This document shows, one piece after another, positions 61,103 to 64,000 of a stretch of DNA of 64,000 nucleotides. The DNA is from Candidatus Bathyarchaeota archaeon. Lineage in GTDB: Archaea; Thermoproteota; Bathyarchaeia; TCS64. Position numbers and translations under genes: made by a program. Location of the stretch: NCBI GenBank assembly GCA_963780545.1, contig CAWACK010000016.1, forward strand, positions 8,908 through 72,907, given 5' to 3'. The notes under the pieces are model-generated. The model worked only from the letters and a program-made list of their open reading frames with translations, was not told the DNA's origin and searched no databases. Positions within the stretch are counted from its first letter, which is position 1, and each line of letters begins with the position of its first letter.

Positions 61103-62137
61103 ATGGCGATTGAGAGGCGTCCCTTTGGGAAGCTGCCCGACGGGCGCGACGTCGATCTCTTCACACTCTCCACAGGTGAGGTTGAGGTCCAGGCGACCAA
61201 CTATGGAGGAATCATCACATCGATCAAAGTACCTGACGCGAGGGGGGAGATCGGCGACATCGTCCACGGCTTCGAGACGCTAGAGATGTACCTCCGAGGA
61301 TGCCCATACTTCGGCTCTCTAATTGGGCGCTACGCCAATAGGATACGGGGAGCGCGCTTCATCCTCGACGGCGTCGAATATAGACTAGCCAAGAACGACG
61401 GAGAGAACAGCCTCCACGGGGGCTTCAAGGGATTCGACAAGGTCCTGTGGGACGCCGAGATCCACGGTGGCGCTCTCCGACTCAGATACCTCAGCCGAGA
61501 TGGGGAGGAGGGGTTCCCAGGGAGCTTGGAGTCCACCGTCACATACAAATTAGGTGAGGGAGGAGCATTCTCCATCGACTACGAGGCGACGACTGACAAA
61601 CCCACGGTGGTTAACCTCACCAACCACACATACTTCAACCTCTCCTGCGGCGGCGATGTCCTCGGTCACGAACTTACACTCGATGCGGACTACTTCACAC
61701 CTGCGGATAAAGACCTGATATCCACCGGTGAGGTGAGAAGCGTCGCGGGGACCCCCATGGACTTTAGGAATCCCACTAAGATAGGGGCCCGCATCGATTC
61801 CCGCGACGAGCAACTCATCAACGGCCACGGTTACGACTGCAGCTGGGTAGTCAACGGCGAGGCGGGGAAGCTGAGAAGAGCGGCTATGGTCCGAGACCCA
61901 GAGAGTGGACGCGTAATGGTCGTCTCAACCACACAGCCGGGGATCCAGTTCTACACGGGTAACTTCCTCGACGGTAGCCTCCGAGGAAAGGGGCGCATCT
62001 ACGCCCGACGGAGCGGCCTCTGCTTGGAGACTCAGCACTACCCAGATGCCCCCAACCAACCCGAGTTCCCATCTACTGTCCTCCGCCCAGGCGAGAAGTA
62101 CCACGAGAAGACCCTCTTCAGGTTCCACGCGGGGTAG
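61103..62137 (+). CDS. galM: Aldose 1-epimerase (galactose mutarotase)
   Basis: GRYANRI, LHGG, NLTNHTYFNL, QFYTGNFL, CLETQHYPDAPN. Confidence 0.93.
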   Translation: MAIERRPFGKLPDGRDVDLFTLSTGEVEVQATNYGGIITSIKVPDARGEIGDIVHGFETLEMYLRGCPYFGSLIGRYANRIRGARFILDGVEYRLAKNDGENSLHGGFKGFDKVLWDAEIHGGALRLRYLSRDGEEGFPGSLESTVTYKLGEGGAFSIDYEATTDKPTVVNLTNHTYFNLSCGGDVLGHELTLDADYFTPADKDLISTGEVRSVAGTPMDFRNPTKIGARIDSRDEQLINGHGYDCSWVVNGEAGKLRRAAMVRDPESGRVMVVSTTQPGIQFYTGNFLDGSLRGKGRIYARRSGLCLETQHYPDAPNQPEFPSTVLRPGEKYHEKTLFRFHAG

Positions 62138-62141
62138 ATGA

Positions 62142-63269
62142 ATGACATCTGAAGCGGAGATGCGAGGCATCTTCAGGGACATCTATGGTGAGGGTCACTG
62201 TGTTGTTGCCAGCGCCCCTGGTAGGGTCAACATCATCGGGGAGCACACCGACTATAACGAAGGCTTCGTCCTTCCTACACCAATAGGGAGTCGACTCTTC
62301 GTCGCGGGAAGGAGAAGGACCGATGAAGAGTTCCACATGTACGCCTACGACTATAGGGAGAACTACAGTTTCATCCTCAAGGAGCAGGTGTTCAACGAGG
62401 ATCACCGATGGGCGAACTATCCGATGGGCGTAGTCGAGGCCCTACAGGGGAAAGGCTACCCTCTGAGAGGAGCTGACCTCCTATTCAAAGGCGATGTCCC
62501 TCAGGCTGCGGGACTCAGCTCCAGCGCCGCCCTCGAGGTCGCGACCGCGCGAATCCTCATGGAGTTGTTTAACATTAAAATTAACCCTATTGAGCTCGCA
62601 TACCTAGGGAAGGCCGCGGAGAACGACTTCATAGGCCTTCAAAGCGGCATCATGGATCAATTCTGCGCCTCCATCGGGGAGCATGGCCAAGCCCTCCTCA
62701 TTGACTGCAGGTCCAACGAACATAGGAGCGTAAAGATCCCCGCAAGATACGCCCTCGTCGCGATCCACAGCGGGATCAGGAGAAAGCTCGACTCCTCCGC
62801 TTACAACGAGCGTGTTCAGCAGTGCAGGACCGGGGTAGAGGCCATCCGTTTGAAAAACCCAGCTGTCAGATCACTCAGGGACGCCAGCATAATGGACTTA
62901 GCCAATTCGAAGGGGGACATGTCCGATGTGGTCTACCGTCGGTGCCGCCACGTCGTTACAGAGAATGAGAGGGTTCTCTCCGCCGTCGAGGCCATGGAGG
63001 CTGATGACGCAGCGAGGCTCGGCGCCCTGATGTTTGAATCCCACAAAAGCCTCCGCGACGACTACGGCGTCAGCTGCAGGGAGCTTGATGTCCTTGTAGA
63101 GATAGCGTCGGCCACAGGCTACGTGCTCGGCGCTAGGCTGACGGGCGCGGGCTTCGGGGGATGCACCATAAACCTCCTCACGAGGCGGAATCTCCCCAAT
63201 TTCGTCGAGGAGATCGGGAAGAAATACATGGATTCTACGGGGATCAAGCCAGAGATTTACCTCGTCTAG
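62142..63269 (+). CDS. galK: Galactokinase
   Basis: APGRVNIIGEHTDYN, GLSSSAALE, GIMDQ, GARLTGAGFGG. Confidence 0.95.
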   Translation: MTSEAEMRGIFRDIYGEGHCVVASAPGRVNIIGEHTDYNEGFVLPTPIGSRLFVAGRRRTDEEFHMYAYDYRENYSFILKEQVFNEDHRWANYPMGVVEALQGKGYPLRGADLLFKGDVPQAAGLSSSAALEVATARILMELFNIKINPIELAYLGKAAENDFIGLQSGIMDQFCASIGEHGQALLIDCRSNEHRSVKIPARYALVAIHSGIRRKLDSSAYNERVQQCRTGVEAIRLKNPAVRSLRDASIMDLANSKGDMSDVVYRRCRHVVTENERVLSAVEAMEADDAARLGALMFESHKSLRDDYGVSCRELDVLVEIASATGYVLGARLTGAGFGGCTINLLTRRNLPNFVEEIGKKYMDSTGIKPEIYLV

Positions 63270-63310
63270 CCCAATAGGTTAAAATCTTGACATCTTGCAG
63301 TATCTTCGGC

Positions 63311-63383
63311 GGGCTGGTAGATCAGTGGTATGATCGCCTGACTTGCAATCAGGAAGTCGGGGGTTCAAATCCCCCCCAGTCCA
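63311..63383 (+). tRNA. tRNA-Ala (anticodon UGC), intronless, CCA not encoded
   Basis: GGGCTGG/CCAGTCC acceptor with G3-U70, CCTGA-CTTGCAA-TCAGG anticodon arm, GGTTCAAATCC T arm. Confidence 0.96.
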
Positions 63384-63549
63384 CTAACAATTCTATTCCA
63401 AAGGTAATTATAAACCTAGAAAACTAATATGCGTGCACAGTTTTGTCATTTTCCTTCTCATGGTTTGTCGCTTGGAACCGTGTAGATACATGTGTGTCAG
63501 TGAACTGCATTTTTAGTAGACTAATTCGATGTTGATTAGTTTCCCGTTT

Positions 63550-64000
63550 CTAAGCACGTTGAGCTCTGATCTTTGTGCCCGGTATGTGGTATTTGCTAAG
63601 GTAGTGCTTCAGGTCCTCTGTGTTTTTAAGGGGTATGTCTTCGATGCCGTTGATGATGTCTCCGCCGACCATACCCTTTGTGCCATCAAATACTGCGGGG
63701 GTTGTGCCAGTTTTTAGCCCCGCCTTCTCGGCGATGGAGTTCGGGAATACGTCGATTACTAGTACTCCCCATGTTTCTTTTGTCACCTCCATGTAAGAGG
63801 TTATTTCGTCATTTAATGTGAATGTGGTTATCCCAACTCTTTTGTCTTTTGGGATGCCCATTTCCACCTCTAAGTTGTCTAAGCGTGCGTCGTGTATTGG
63901 CGTGCCCCGGGGTATTTCTGGGACGCCGCTTGTGCGTGTGTGAAAGACAGGCATGACCATCGGTATTTCTGAGGTGTGGTTTTGGTTTGAAATGGTTGAA
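63550..64000 (-). CDS. PDZ-domain protein, C-terminal part; frame open to the window edge
   Basis: GVLVIDVFPNSIAEKAGLK...GGDII as in HtrA-type PDZ domains; no stop upstream of 63960. Confidence 0.65.
   Translation of the reverse strand, partial: STISNQNHTSEIPMVMPVFHTRTSGVPEIPRGTPIHDARLDNLEVEMGIPKDKRVGITTFTLNDEITSYMEVTKETWGVLVIDVFPNSIAEKAGLKTGTTPAVFDGTKGMVGGDIINGIEDIPLKNTEDLKHYLSKYHIPGTKIRAQRA

Noticed and set aside
1-64000. CRISPR arrays, rRNA, integrases, defence islands
   Set aside because: No regularly spaced repeats or recognisable cas, integrase or rRNA sequence seen by eye

Overview
Gene-dense archaeal chromosome segment. Archaeal-type r-proteins, KEOPS, Spt5, EF-1alpha, DGGGP synthase and TATA-box promoters point to a TACK lineage, most likely Bathyarchaeia (inference). 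It holds mainly translation and housekeeping clusters (kae1-bud32-rdgB-rps15-GAN-pcc1-rps3ae; rpl12-alaS-leuS; rps19e to ftsY-secE-spt5-rpl11-rpl1-rpl10; rps12-rps7; tuf-rps10), amino-acid, peptide and sugar metabolism genes, and one tRNA-Ala(UGC). The best novelty candidate is an unannotated, GC-rich, highly structured RNA of about 245 nt (5477-5720, minus strand). It has its own TATA box, a terminal stem, a U-tract and K-turn-like motifs, and lies between an orphan response regulator and a winged-helix gene. Two canonical ribosomal operons appear broken by local inversions. Six genes carry single-base insertions, most likely assembly errors. No CRISPR array, rRNA or intact mobile element was seen.
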